In this document: piece by piece, positions 39,658-50,090 of the stretch
Layout: every line of letters starts with the position of its first letter
How positions within the stretch are numbered: position 1 is the stretch's first letter
Assembly: GCA_965214835.1 (NCBI GenBank)
Contig: CBDCCK010000002.1
Coordinates: 1,952,001-2,016,000, forward strand
Direction: 5' to 3'
From: Nitrosopumilaceae archaeon
GTDB lineage: Archaea; Thermoproteota; Nitrososphaeria; Nitrososphaerales; Nitrosopumilaceae
Length of the DNA: 64,000 bases
The notes under the pieces: generated by a model
Seen by the model: the letters and a program-made list of their open reading frames with translations, nothing else
What the model was told of the DNA's origin: nothing
Database searches by the model: none
Program-made: the position numbers and the translations under genes

Positions 39658-39995
39658 TTTTTTGAGGCAATCTGCTTGTTTGCATTGCCTTTTATTCTGG
39701 CACCATCTGAATTTCGTTTTTGAGACACATATGGTTACCGCAGGATCTTTCGCTTTGCTTGGCAGGATGCGGCTTGCAGGGCATTACGAAATGCCAGGGC
39801 GGCGCTTAGCTGCTGCGTGCGGCGTTTTAGGGGGTCAGTGTATTTTGAGCGGCATGGGAGCTAAAACTTAACGGCGGGAAAGCAGGCGGCCTTGTCACTG
39901 AATGCCGGCATGGGATTTGGCATGGCCGTATCCCGTACCAGCACATGCCAGTCACTGGGGGCGGGATGCTTCTGTAGCAAAGCAGAAATCGCAGG

Positions 39996-40388
39996 CTAGA
40001 GGTAGTGGATTCTTACGTGGTTTTGATACTCGACTTCATACATTGTAATATATCCGCAGTGGGTGCATGAGAACATGCCCTCGCTTTTTGGCACGGATCT
40101 TGCCTCGCGCTCAATTACCTTTCCATTAATTGACTTTACGAGAATCACGTCACCCTGCGTAATTACCGCAAAATTTCGGATTTCGTCTATCGAGTCGAGG
40201 AATTCCTTGATTGCAGATACCACCTCGGTGCGTGCAATGGGCTCGGACTCGTCTATCGGAGACAGGACAAACTCATGAAGCTTCAAGGCGGGCATGGCGC
40301 CCACGTTGTCTGCAACGTAAACTAGCAGCTCCTGCTTGATGGGCTCAATATCACGACAGTCAACTGTAATCATAAACCAATCTATCAA
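39996..40388 (-). CDS. Hypothetical protein with C-terminal C2H2 zinc finger
   Basis: 'FSCTHCG...HVRIHYL'. Confidence 0.78.
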   Translation of the reverse strand: MIDWFMITVDCRDIEPIKQELLVYVADNVGAMPALKLHEFVLSPIDESEPIARTEVVSAIKEFLDSIDEIRNFAVITQGDVILVKSINGKVIEREARSVPKSEGMFSCTHCGYITMYEVEYQNHVRIHYL

Positions 40389-40458
40389 AAGTCAATATTT
40401 TAGTTGATCTGTATCTCAGCATACTTTTTAATCACGCAGCATACACCTAGAACCAGAA

Positions 40459-40845
40459 TTGAGGGATTCGGAGACCTTTGGGATTGAAAAGGGCCACGGG
40501 GATAAAGTAATAGAGTGGCTAAACGGCACGGCAGAGGGGGAGAATCTGAGGTTTGAGGCCAGAAAGTACGGCTATGACGTCAGGACCGAGAATTTCGGGG
40601 AGTTTGAGATGTTCTCATGGATGGGAGACGTTCAGCACGCAAGAAAACTGATCACAAGGGCCGGAAAGAGGTTCAAGGTTAAGACAATCGAGGGAGGGTA
40701 CAAGACAAAGGAGAGGACGTTCTCGATGAGGAAGACAGACTATGCGATGGTGAGGCGGGGGGACAAGCTGATAGGACACCTGCAGTTTGAGGCTGCCAGG
40801 TTTGGCAGGGATCCGTGGACAGTCAAGGCGGAGGAGAGAAGGTAG
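40459..40845 (+). CDS. Hypothetical protein (thaumarchaeal type)
   Basis: Clean purine-rich ORF; TATA-like box near 40425; adjacent to the next gene. Confidence 0.75.
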   Translation: MRDSETFGIEKGHGDKVIEWLNGTAEGENLRFEARKYGYDVRTENFGEFEMFSWMGDVQHARKLITRAGKRFKVKTIEGGYKTKERTFSMRKTDYAMVRRGDKLIGHLQFEAARFGRDPWTVKAEERR

Positions 40846-40852
40846 CTCCAAA

Positions 40853-41728
40853 ATGACATCAATAGGAATCATCGGGACCGGGATGCTGGGAAGTGCAGTA
40901 GGCCTGCGCCTACTTGATGAGGGAAACCAGCTGCATGTCTTTAACAGGACGGCAGACAAGACAGGGCGGCTACGGCAGAGGGGAGCCGTGACATGCGAGT
41001 CGCCCAGGCAGGTGGCAGAGAACTCTGAGATTGTGATTACGGTGGTAAAGGATGCAGACGCAGTAAGACAGGTCGCCTTTGGGCCAAACGGAATAGTCAA
41101 GGGAGGCCGGGAGGGACTGGTCGTGGCAGACATGAGTACAATAGGTCCGCTAGAGTCAAAACAGATCTCGCAAAGATTCAGGGACTCGGGCATAGAGATG
41201 CTAGACGCCCCGGTCATGGGAGGACCAAACGTGGCAGTTTCAGGGGGCCTGGTAATGATGGTTGCTGGAAGCCCGGTGGCCTTCAACAGATACAGGCCAG
41301 TCTTCAAGACAATTGCAAGCAAGGTGTTCTATCTGGGGGAGGGCGGGACTGCGCATGCGGTAAAGCTTGCAATGAACTTGCAGATTGCAATGCTGGCACT
41401 GGCATTGTCTGAGGGGATTACCCTGGCAAGGGGCGCAGACGTTGATCCGGAGACCTTTCTGAAGATCCTAAACTCGACTTATTTTAAGACCGGAATGAGC
41501 GAAAACAAGGCATTCAGGATGATAAGGGATGAGTTTGAGCCTACCTTTACGCTTGCAAATCTGAAAAAGGATCTGCATGCAATAAACCAGACATCAAAAT
41601 CGCTTGGGATCAAGCTCCCAATGTCAGGCAGGGCAGAGGAAATCTACAGTGCGGCAGTCAAGAGCGGCTTTGGGGACTTGGATTATACCGGAATCCTGGC
41701 ATACATAGGGCAGGCCTCGAGGTCCTAG
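40853..41728 (+). CDS. Beta-hydroxyacid dehydrogenase (3-hydroxyisobutyrate dehydrogenase / tartronate semialdehyde reductase family)
   Basis: 'GIIGTGMLG', 'FNRT', 'DMSTI', 'LDAPVMGG', 'KLAMN', 'KDL'. Confidence 0.9.
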   Translation: MTSIGIIGTGMLGSAVGLRLLDEGNQLHVFNRTADKTGRLRQRGAVTCESPRQVAENSEIVITVVKDADAVRQVAFGPNGIVKGGREGLVVADMSTIGPLESKQISQRFRDSGIEMLDAPVMGGPNVAVSGGLVMMVAGSPVAFNRYRPVFKTIASKVFYLGEGGTAHAVKLAMNLQIAMLALALSEGITLARGADVDPETFLKILNSTYFKTGMSENKAFRMIRDEFEPTFTLANLKKDLHAINQTSKSLGIKLPMSGRAEEIYSAAVKSGFGDLDYTGILAYIGQASRS

Positions 41729-41838
41729 ACTGCTGCTTTACGCTTGGAATAGGCCCGGTATGCCAAGGACGAGACAAAAATCAGCACGCCTGTGATGGCT
41801 GACCAGGCCGCAAACGGTGCAAGGTCGGTTTCAGACAT
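41725..41838 (-). CDS. Small single-TM membrane protein (37 aa)
   Basis: MSETDLAPFAAWSAITGVLIFVSSLAYRAYSKRKAAV: a TM segment with a basic tail. Confidence 0.45.
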   Translation of the reverse strand: MSETDLAPFAAWSAITGVLIFVSSLAYRAYSKRKAAV

Positions 41839-42099
41839 GGTTTTCCAATGCGGTCGAGGCGTACAAAAGTCGTGTGCTTTTTGCCGCCGACTGCCGTACT
41901 TTTCTGGCAGCCGCCCCATCTGCCGCCATGACTGCATGCGAGGTCGCACCCCTTGCCGGCTAGGCATGAAAATCACGTCTAGGGCAACTCGCACCCAACT
42001 GCCGGGCAAAAGTGACCCCGTACAGCCGTGCGATGTTGTCCAGACGGGGCGTAAAGTGGCGGAGAATCAAAAAATGTGCAGATTGAATCAAGCAGGCTG

Positions 42100-42610
42100 A
42101 ACTGCGCGGCAGCTCCCTCTTCATGCGGGTTGCGTGTACGGCGCATCCGATCCAGATCTGATCCCACCAGCACATACGCTATACTGTGATCCGCGCCACG
42201 CCTAGTCCTTGCCGCATACGGGTTTGTGATCGCCTGCATAGAGAAACTCTATTGCATCATTGTCCCAATCACGCACACCTTGGAATCAAGATCGTACCGT
42301 AGCGTCATCGACGGCCGGCTGCCGTGCGATACGCCCCGGTGCCCGCGCAGGGGACCGCGTTTTTTGCCCCGGGCAGCATCGCAGGAACCGCCTCCGGGAT
42401 CCCCGCCTCTTTGCTCCCTGAACTTCTTTCTGGCGTCATTGTACAGTGACGGCGTGGATGTGGGCATGCCGGGACTCATACATGGCAAGCTTTGCCTAAA
42501 TCTCGGAGTTTTCCTTGTCCAGCTTGGAGATCTTCTCATCCCGCTCTTTGATCATGACTAGTGCTTTTGGAAGATCCATGGGGTGTGCAGGCGCGGCTTT
42601 GGAATCCACA
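42100..42610 (-). pseudogene. IS66-like transposase N-terminal remnant
   Basis: Coiled coil, 'PTSTPS' and 'KRGPLRGHRGVSH' across broken frames. Confidence 0.55.
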
Positions 42611-42871
42611 TGTTACATCAGACAAGCAAGATCAAAAAAGATTTCCATCGAAATTCTGACCCAGGTGCCGATATTATGCCACTCCCGCAAATTCCAAGCC
42701 TGCAATGTCTGGTCACAGATGCTTGATGCTCAAGCATGTCTGCAAGGGCATCTGATCATAAGATGCTGTCCAAGAAATGTTTGGCCGTCAGTATAAAAAG
42801 AACCTGATGTTGTACTCTCCATCTACTGTGTTACTCTAAACATCTAAATAGATTTGGCTGGGAGCCAGATC

Positions 42872-43078
42872 ATGCCGGAAATCATTTGTGAAGACTGCGG
42901 CAAGAGGCTGTTTCATGAAAATGAGACCACGCTAAAGATAGAAGAGACCATTCACAAAAAGTTCTGCAGAAAAAAGGCGGGGGAGACGCACAGCTACATG
43001 CACAGGGATGCCTCGCATCCGGACGGCTTTGATCCTGAAAGGACCAGCGATGCAGAGGGAAATCCGGTTCTAAAGTAG
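42872..43078 (+). CDS. Small zinc-finger protein
   Basis: 'CEDCG...HKKFC'. Confidence 0.7.
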   Translation: MPEIICEDCGKRLFHENETTLKIEETIHKKFCRKKAGETHSYMHRDASHPDGFDPERTSDAEGNPVLK

Positions 43079-43204
43079 GATTTTGCGGATCCTCATGCCA
43101 GACATTGACGAGTTTACAAGACAGTAAAGGCTGTCACTGAGCCTCGGAAATCCAAGGGGACTCGCGCAGCACAGAGGCCCCAAAGATAGTTCCCGCCACA
43201 TTAA

Positions 43205-43395
43205 TTCCCAGATGTGCTTTTGCAGGCCCGATACGGCACCGCCGCTACTTTCCGCGATCGTTTGCAAACGAGTCGGCCGCATCCGCAATGCACGCGACAA
43301 ACAGCATCATGGTAAACCCCTTTCCTCCTGCAAATCCGTCCCACCTGGATTCCACGTCTATGAGCACGGCAGTCCTCCACAGGTTGTACAGCATA
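43205..43395 (-). pseudogene. ISH3 3'-end remnant
   Basis: Near-identical to ~32510-32697. Confidence 0.8.
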
Positions 43396-43679
43396 GCGGG
43401 AAGATACATGGCAGGCCATACTGCCGTAGTCAACTCATAAAAAAACGTACAGTTTCGGCAACTGCTTTTAGCCCAAAGATCTAGGATCATGTAAACCATA
43501 CGCACATGCACGGGGAAACAGGCAAAAATCGTAGCATCAAAGGACAGATTCCTGCTAGGCAAAGCGCTCACACCTACGCAAGGCGTACGGGGAGGGCCTA
43601 CAAGAGGTAACGCGGCAGGCCGTTGCGGTCAGTTCGGGCATGTGGCGTTTGACATGCTGCCACGCAAGACCCGGCAGGG

Positions 43680-44781
43680 GGTAACGCGGCAGGCCGTTGC
43701 GGTCAGCCCATCAGGTATCGGAACATCTTTACCGGAAGGATCTCGCGCCTGGCAAACAGCCTCCCCGCGGACTGCTCTACGTCATCAAACGTATCAAACA
43801 TCTTGGCAGAAAGCCTTCGCTTTATCTCCCTGTCCCGTATCTTGACGGGGTTGAGCTCCGGCGTGTACGGAGGCAGGTATTCCAGTATTATCTGGCCGTC
43901 GTACTTTTTCAGCGTCTCCTTTACGCCGCCGGACCTGTGGTATGACGCATTGTCCAGGAATATCGGCACCTTGCCGTATCTTTCGTGCACCCTTTCTAAA
44001 AAATCGCAAAAGCTGCCGGTGTTGGCCTTCTCATAGAACATAAAGTGGAATATGCCTGCTGCCAGCACGCCGAATATGTACCTGCGCTGCCGTGACGGGG
44101 ACGAGGGCGTCGTGAGGCGCCTGCCGCGCTTTGTCCACCCACGCTTGGGGCTGTTTGAGGTCTTTTGGATGGAGGACTCGTCTTCTGCCAGCACGGTAAA
44201 TCCCTCTGCCGTCTTTTCCCTGATCAGCCTCTGTGCTGCCTCCTTGAACTCGTTTTGCTTGCGCTTTGAGGCGGCCTTTGGGTTCTTTGGCCTTGATTTC
44301 TTCCAAGCGAACCCAAGCTCGCGTGCCAGCAGCCGCGTGCCGCTACTGCTGTACTGTATACCGAACTTCTTTCTGATGTGCCGCCTCATCAGGCGCGAGT
44401 CCCACATGCTGCCCTCAAAGCCGCAGTCCCCGGGATCCGACTTGAGATCCGCGTCAAGCTGGCTCAGCTGCGACTCGCTCAGCTTGTGCTTGCGTCCCCT
44501 GCCTGCGCGCTCGTGTCTTGCGCGCATCCCCTCATCCTGGGCGCGGTTGAGCCACTCGGATATAGCAGACTTTGACCGGCAGAGGTTCTCTGCTATCTGC
44601 GACAAACTGAGGCCGTCCTTGCGCTGCATGTGTGCCAGCAGCCTTTCACTCTCTCTTGTCGGTCTCCTTGTACGCCTTGTGCAGGTAGGGGCTCCTCGTG
44701 TTTGGCAGGAACTAGTCCCCCGATGCTACGAATTCTTTTCTCTGTCTGTCCATACACATACGTGGTAGATTGCCTGATCTT
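43680..44781 (-). pseudogene. IS630 family transposase with disrupted N-terminus
   Basis: 'EDES', 'LDNASYH', 'LPPYTPELNP'; stop and frameshift at 44640-44750. Confidence 0.82.
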
Positions 44782-45165
44782 AATCTTTGGATCAAAAATA
44801 ATTGTCAAAATCATTTCATTTTTTATGCTTTCACTATGGGATGACCCTTCAAGATGACAAAATTCACGCCTGAACTTCCAGAGCCCGAGCTGTTACCTTT
44901 TTCATGGTTTTTCGTGATCGGCACAGCCTAAAATAGTCAGCTATTGTCCTACTGATCCTAGGCGGACTGGCTTTTCGTACAATAGGCCCCCTGCTAGCTA
45001 GGCACGAAAACCACGGTTGCATGAGAGCCCGAGCCGGACTGTTCAAGGGGCAAGCGGCCTCATGCGTGCCGCCAGATGTGCCTGCCCGAGCTTTTGGGGA
45101 GTGGCCTGCCCTCACAAGACGCATGATTAGAAATCATTAAAACCAAACATTTTGCACGTTAATCA

Positions 45166-45543
45166 TTGAGGAAGAAAGACTATGATGCAATCGTAGAAGG
45201 CGTCTCGAAGATCAGCCCGTACATCCGATTCGTAGGAATCATAGGACCAGGGGGTGACCTCAAGGCACACAGCAGAAGGCCGGGACTAGAACCGCTGCTC
45301 AACGCGAAAAGTACGCAGCACCAGTTCTCGCACATCGCAATCAAGACGGGGCTCGAGGGATCCTTTGACAGGAGTCTGGGCCCGGTAGAGTTTGTCTGGG
45401 AGGAAAGGATGAAGGTTCAAACCATATCGTTTGCGATAAAAAAGATCAGGGTTTGGATCTCAATTGATAAAAAGGTAGTGCGCTCCGAGGTGCTGAGAAT
45501 CATCGACAATTGCTTTCAGATAGTAAAAAAACACTCGAGATAA
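45166..45543 (+). CDS. Hypothetical protein (roadblock-like, DUF6659-like)
   Basis: 'IRFVGII', 'GLEPLL', 'FDRSLGPV', 'ISIDK'. Confidence 0.7.
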   Translation: MRKKDYDAIVEGVSKISPYIRFVGIIGPGGDLKAHSRRPGLEPLLNAKSTQHQFSHIAIKTGLEGSFDRSLGPVEFVWEERMKVQTISFAIKKIRVWISIDKKVVRSEVLRIIDNCFQIVKKHSR

Positions 45544-45612
45544 GGCCTCCGCATTGTGGCGCAGAACCGGGCATGGCGGACACATCAAGTGCGTTTGAGC
45601 ACAAGCCAGCGG

Positions 45613-46548
45613 TTACTTTTCATAAAGCCAGCACCGGACATAGCCGGAGTCTGTCTTAAAGCTGGGTGGATCCCTACTGCACCTCTCAAACGCGTGGGGG
45701 CACCGATCTAGAAACCTGCAGGTTCCTGCGGGATTGACCAATCCCGGGGGGGATCCCTTGATGTATGCAGGCCTTACACCCCTCAGCGTCGGGATAGATG
45801 CAAGAAGCGCCTTGGTGTAGGGATGCTTTGGATTTCTGTAGATGTCATCGGCTGCTCCAAATTCCACCATCTGTCCGGCATACATTACCCCTACCTTGTC
45901 TGCAATCTCAGACAGCACTGCCAGGTCGTGGGTAATCAGCATAAACGACATACCCCGGCTTTTCAGATCCTTGAGCAGGTTGATGATTTGTGCCTGGATC
46001 AGCACGTCTAGCGCAGTCGTAGGCTCGTCGGCGATGACAAGCTTCGGATGGAGCAGCAGTGCCATTGCGATGACTACCCTCTGCTTCATTCCCCCGCTCA
46101 GCTCGTGGGGAAACCTCTTCAGAATGGAGGCGTCAAGGTTTACGGAGCTTAGAGACGCAGAGATTGTGCCCTCCATGTCTCCCTCAAAACCATGCTGCCT
46201 TAGAACTTCGACGAACTGATCACGTATGGTAAATACGGGATCTAGGGAGTTCATTGCGCCCTGAAATATCATCGACACCTGCTTCCAGCGGTAGGATTTG
46301 TCAAAGTCAGACTCTGGTATCTCCAGTATGGGTACACCGTCAAAACTGACAGATCCCGAGGTGATCCTCCCGCCCTGAAGCATCCTGATCAGGGACAGCC
46401 CAAGCGTGCTCTTGCCGCACGCGCTCTCCCCTGCAATGCCTACGGACTCGCCGTCGCCTAGGGCAAACGAGACCCCCGATAGCGCGTGCACGTCGCCGGT
46501 ACCGGAGGGATAGCACGCACTGAGATCATCCACGTCAAGCTTTGTCAT
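45613..46548 (-). CDS. Peptide/nickel ABC transporter ATP-binding subunit (DppD/OppD-like)
   Basis: 'GESACGKST', 'LSGGMKQR', 'ADEPTTALD', 'HPYT' and a C-terminal Cys motif. Confidence 0.93.
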   Translation of the reverse strand: MTKLDVDDLSACYPSGTGDVHALSGVSFALGDGESVGIAGESACGKSTLGLSLIRMLQGGRITSGSVSFDGVPILEIPESDFDKSYRWKQVSMIFQGAMNSLDPVFTIRDQFVEVLRQHGFEGDMEGTISASLSSVNLDASILKRFPHELSGGMKQRVVIAMALLLHPKLVIADEPTTALDVLIQAQIINLLKDLKSRGMSFMLITHDLAVLSEIADKVGVMYAGQMVEFGAADDIYRNPKHPYTKALLASIPTLRGVRPAYIKGSPPGLVNPAGTCRFLDRCPHAFERCSRDPPSFKTDSGYVRCWLYEK

Positions 46549-46692
46549 GCAGTATCTAGGCAACCACAGGTAGATTTCTGTTTTGTCTTCCCATCTATGT
46601 TAAAACGCCCGGGCCCTTTAGCGGTGGCAAACTGTGTCTCTCTGATCCACGCCTAGTTTGATATGGGCCGCTTTATAGCTTACGCTGGGTAT

Positions 46693-47400
46693 GGGCTGTT
46701 GCATAACTCCGACTAGAGCCCATCCAATCCGCCAAGATCACTACCGGCGCCAGGTTCCTACATGGCAGCCACCGCCTCTGCGATCCACTTGTTGTACAGC
46801 CATATCCTCAACTTTACCTCCTGCACTATATTGGATCACCTGAGGGCCTTTACGTCCTCGCCGAACATGCGCTTTGTGGCAGATATCATGATCTCGACGA
46901 TCCACTTCACACCGTAACCGATCGTGCTCTTCGGGTACTGCAGGTTCTCCTGCCCCTTCTCCTTTGGCAGATCCCCAACCGGCACCTCGGAGCCGTCTCC
47001 GAGCTGGCTTTTCACAAGCATGCCCCACTTATCACCGGTACCCTTGCCCCTTGCAGTACAGCTTGTCAAGAGCCGTATGAGCGGCCTTATGCCGTGCTTG
47101 TGGCACTCGGATATGTTTTTCCTTGAGCCGTATGCGCCGTCTGCAAACAGGATCGTACCTGGTGCATCCTGATTCGCTCCGGTGCCGAGCAGGGTCAGCG
47201 GCGATATCCCGTCTGCAAGCATGCTGGGGATCTTTACTGCATCTGCGCTATCGGGGCAGTCCTACTGCTCCTCTTCCTTGACGTTCCTGACCGCCTCCTC
47301 AAGCAGTGCCGGCAGCTCCGTGCTGTCTCTAACTGCCTCGTCTGTGACGGCTACTGCCAGCACCTGCTTGGTGTCTGCGTCGACCATCAGGCAGTAGACC
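46693..47400 (-). pseudogene. IS5 (IS903-like) transposase remnant
   Basis: End ggctgttgcataac; 'ADGAY' and 'WIVEIMISATKRMFG'. Confidence 0.72.
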
Positions 47401-47401
47401 T

Positions 47402-47573
47402 TGGAGTGGACCCCTATGAGTAGGAACGATTTTGGCGACATTTTATGCACACTCTGATCGCTCATTTTTGCGGCACCTCCTGCATTTTCCAGACAAACTC
47501 GTCCGGTGTCAGGTATCCCAGTGCCGAGTGGATCCTGTCTTTGTTGTAATCTGCAAATGCCTCTGCCAAGACG
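47402..47573 (-). mobile_element. IS3 right-end fragment
   Basis: Reverse-complement match to ~39485-39657. Confidence 0.82.
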
Positions 47574-47703
47574 GTGGTTGTCGCCTAATTCCATTTGTTT
47601 GACTCAATCTGCACGTTTTTCTGAATCTCCGCCCTTTTGCACGCCTGATCCATATGGCATTTCAGCGGTTTCTAGGAATTCTGATGAATTAGGCGACAAC
47701 CTC
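47574..47703. mobile_element. MITE-A copy (130 bp), followed by a MITE-B end (47721-47742)
   Basis: Same internal sequence as 12565-12694; no TSD. Confidence 0.85.
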
Positions 47704-47849
47704 GCCCATTTGATCAAAATTTGCTAATTTCGAGTCAACTCTGGAGCTTGTCATCTCGATTCCGCAGTCGAACAGTTCCTCCTCAAAGGCGGTAGGCGTC
47801 TACCCACAGGTGAGGAGGACTATATTATCAGATCAGGTTTTAGTCTATT

Positions 47850-48550
47850 GATTATCGTTCCGTACACCACGACGCGCTCCCTCCTGCCGGATCGTTCCAC
47901 CTCGATCCTGTCCCCAGCGGGCGACCAAAACTTTCTGCCGTCCCTTCCCGTACTGACGAATATCGACTCGTCCTGTACGGTTATCCTGAATCCGCGCCTT
48001 TTTGCAAGCGCAATCGTGTCTTTTGCATCCCTCTGCCACCGTCTTACCGCCTTTGCGTCGGCAGCGTCTGCCAGCTTGGTGGTTGACGTCTTTGGCGAGA
48101 ATCCCATCGTGCGCAGGATTCTTCTAATGCTTCCCACGCTGTATGTGACGTGCAGCCTGCGGCGCACCCGGTCGCGCAGCTTCTTCGGGGTGAGCTTTTC
48201 CATCCTGCGCAGCCTCGTGGCGATCTTTTTTATCCTGCCGACCGGAACCTTTGGTTTTTTGCCCCTGTTGGGGGAGTCACGGAGGCCGTCAATGCCGTCA
48301 AGCTCGAACCTTTCAACCCACATCTGTACGGTGCGCTGTGTCACGTCGGCAATCTCCGCAGTATGTGCGGTGGTGTTGCCAAGCAGTACGGAGCGCACCG
48401 CCATGATTCTGGTGTGAGTCTTGAGATCCTTTTCGACATGCATGGCATCCGTGAGGATTTTCGTCTTGTTCATGCCGGGAGTGACATGGTGGGGAGCTAT
48501 AAACCTTTACAAGATGTGTGATCAGGCGAAATTTTCAATGACCATCAGTA
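47850..48550 (-). mobile_element. Truncated copy of IS630 element 2891-3988
   Basis: Protein nearly identical up to 'VVVYGTI'; TIR at 48521-48548. Confidence 0.9.
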
Positions 48551-49098
48551 TTGTCGTCAACAACTTTGTATTTTCCGTACTTGCCGAGCTCTACAAAGTA
48601 GAATCCGTCATCATCAAAGACGGGACCGTTTTTGCCATGTCCCACATGAAGTATGACTTCTTCACCGATTTCAAACTGTGGTTCGAAGCCGTGCATGTAG
48701 AATTTGTCGGATTCATACACGCCGCCCAGATACACGGTAAACTGGTCGCCTTCTTTCAATTTGAGATCTGGAGTGATATCCTTGGCTTTTTCATCAAGTT
48801 CAATTGTTATCGGTACAAAGCCCAGCTGGTTTTTTGATTCGTCACTCCAATCAATCGGATCCCCCACAGAAAGAACCGTTCCCTTGACGGTTAACACCAC
48901 TGTGGGCTTGGTTTCGCTGATTTCTTCGGTTGCCAGCATGACGTCGGTTGGGGCAACAGCAATGTTTGGATTTGCCTTTGTAATGTCAGATTGCACATAA
49001 ACATAACTCTCATCAGATGAACTCAATGATGCTACCATGCCAATGGAAACAGCAACGATGACAACAATGCTAAATATGGCTAATTTTTGTCTGTTCAT
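48535..49098 (-). CDS. Secreted or membrane-anchored hypothetical protein, C-terminus cut by IS630
   Basis: N-terminal hydrophobic segment; the stop codon lies within the IS end. Confidence 0.72.
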   Translation of the reverse strand: MNRQKLAIFSIVVIVAVSIGMVASLSSSDESYVYVQSDITKANPNIAVAPTDVMLATEEISETKPTVVLTVKGTVLSVGDPIDWSDESKNQLGFVPITIELDEKAKDITPDLKLKEGDQFTVYLGGVYESDKFYMHGFEPQFEIGEEVILHVGHGKNGPVFDDDGFYFVELGKYGKYKVVDDNTDGH

Positions 49099-49107
49099 TT
49101 TTTTCTC

Positions 49108-49752
49108 CTACGTATAATGATCATTTATGTCATTTAGATCCTCTGTTCTAAGCTGTGATTGATCAGAGTTGCATCCACTCTTCATCGCAGTATGACCATC
49201 CCAAGCGCCCCAATGCCATACATGATGGCCCAAGCCTGCAAAGTGACCAAACTCGTGTGTGATCACGTAATCTGGGTTTACTTCGCCGAAAATAATGTTG
49301 CATCCGACATCCGGATCATAATTCAGGCTGTTGTTAGTGTTAAGCCAAATTACTTTGTACTGACCGCCGCCACCCGAATAGCTACCGGTGGCACCAAAGA
49401 CATTTGTGCTTCCAAGATATGCGGCACCAAGCCTGCTGTTGTATCCGGGATTGTTGGAGGAAACAACAGTTAGGTCAAAATCTGTCGAATGAATTGTATG
49501 TCTTGGAACTTCTGCAATGAGGGTCAACGCAACGCCATTATTTTCCGATCCATCATAAGTTACATCATCTAACGCATCCATGTCATACCATATGGTTTCT
49601 GAAGACGATGCACTGAATGGTTCAAAATTCATAATGTCGCCATTTGAATCATGTGCATAAGCGGGTGTCATCATAACAATTGTCAAGACAGTTACAAGGA
49701 AGGATATCGAGGTTGCTGAAACAGCTTTCGTGTTTTTTGTTTTGTGATTCAT
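49108..49752 (-). CDS. Secreted metzincin (matrixin-like) metalloprotease
   Basis: Signal peptide ending 'PAYA'; 'HEFGHFAGLGH'; Met-turn 'TAMK'. Confidence 0.82.
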   Translation of the reverse strand: MNHKTKNTKAVSATSISFLVTVLTIVMMTPAYAHDSNGDIMNFEPFSASSSETIWYDMDALDDVTYDGSENNGVALTLIAEVPRHTIHSTDFDLTVVSSNNPGYNSRLGAAYLGSTNVFGATGSYSGGGGQYKVIWLNTNNSLNYDPDVGCNIIFGEVNPDYVITHEFGHFAGLGHHVWHWGAWDGHTAMKSGCNSDQSQLRTEDLNDINDHYT

Positions 49753-49915
49753 GTTGTTGCCTGTATCACGATCACTTGTTATATAACAACTGCTAGCCGT
49801 TTGCGGTATGCCTTTTGCGCACGAAACGAGCAAGAACCGGATCCCGTACTCGTCAAATGGGTGCAGGAAGGATCGCCAGTGAAACGGCGATCCTCACCGG
49901 AAGATCTGTCTTGCG

Positions 49916-50089
49916 CTATTTTGCATGTCTCCTGATCGTCTTCCACAGGGTGTCTGGCTCGATGGGCTTGTTTATCATGCCCCTGAGGGAGGATGCCTTT
50001 GCCCCTCCGTACTTTGCGTCGTCTATCATGTAGCTTGAGGTAAAGACTATCCGGGCATCCTGATCGTGCTTTCTCAGCAGCAGAAAGGT
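49916..50089 (-). pseudogene. CheY-like receiver domain, C-terminal half, truncated by IS66
   Basis: Manual translation 'DARIVFTSSY...MINKPIEPDTLWKTIRRHAK*'. Confidence 0.65.
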
Positions 50090-50090
50090 C

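Noticed and set aside
43606-43706. 27-bp direct repeat with a 47-bp spacer as a mini-CRISPR
   Set aside because: Only two units, located at the 3' end of an IS630 gene; best explained as a duplicated IS end.
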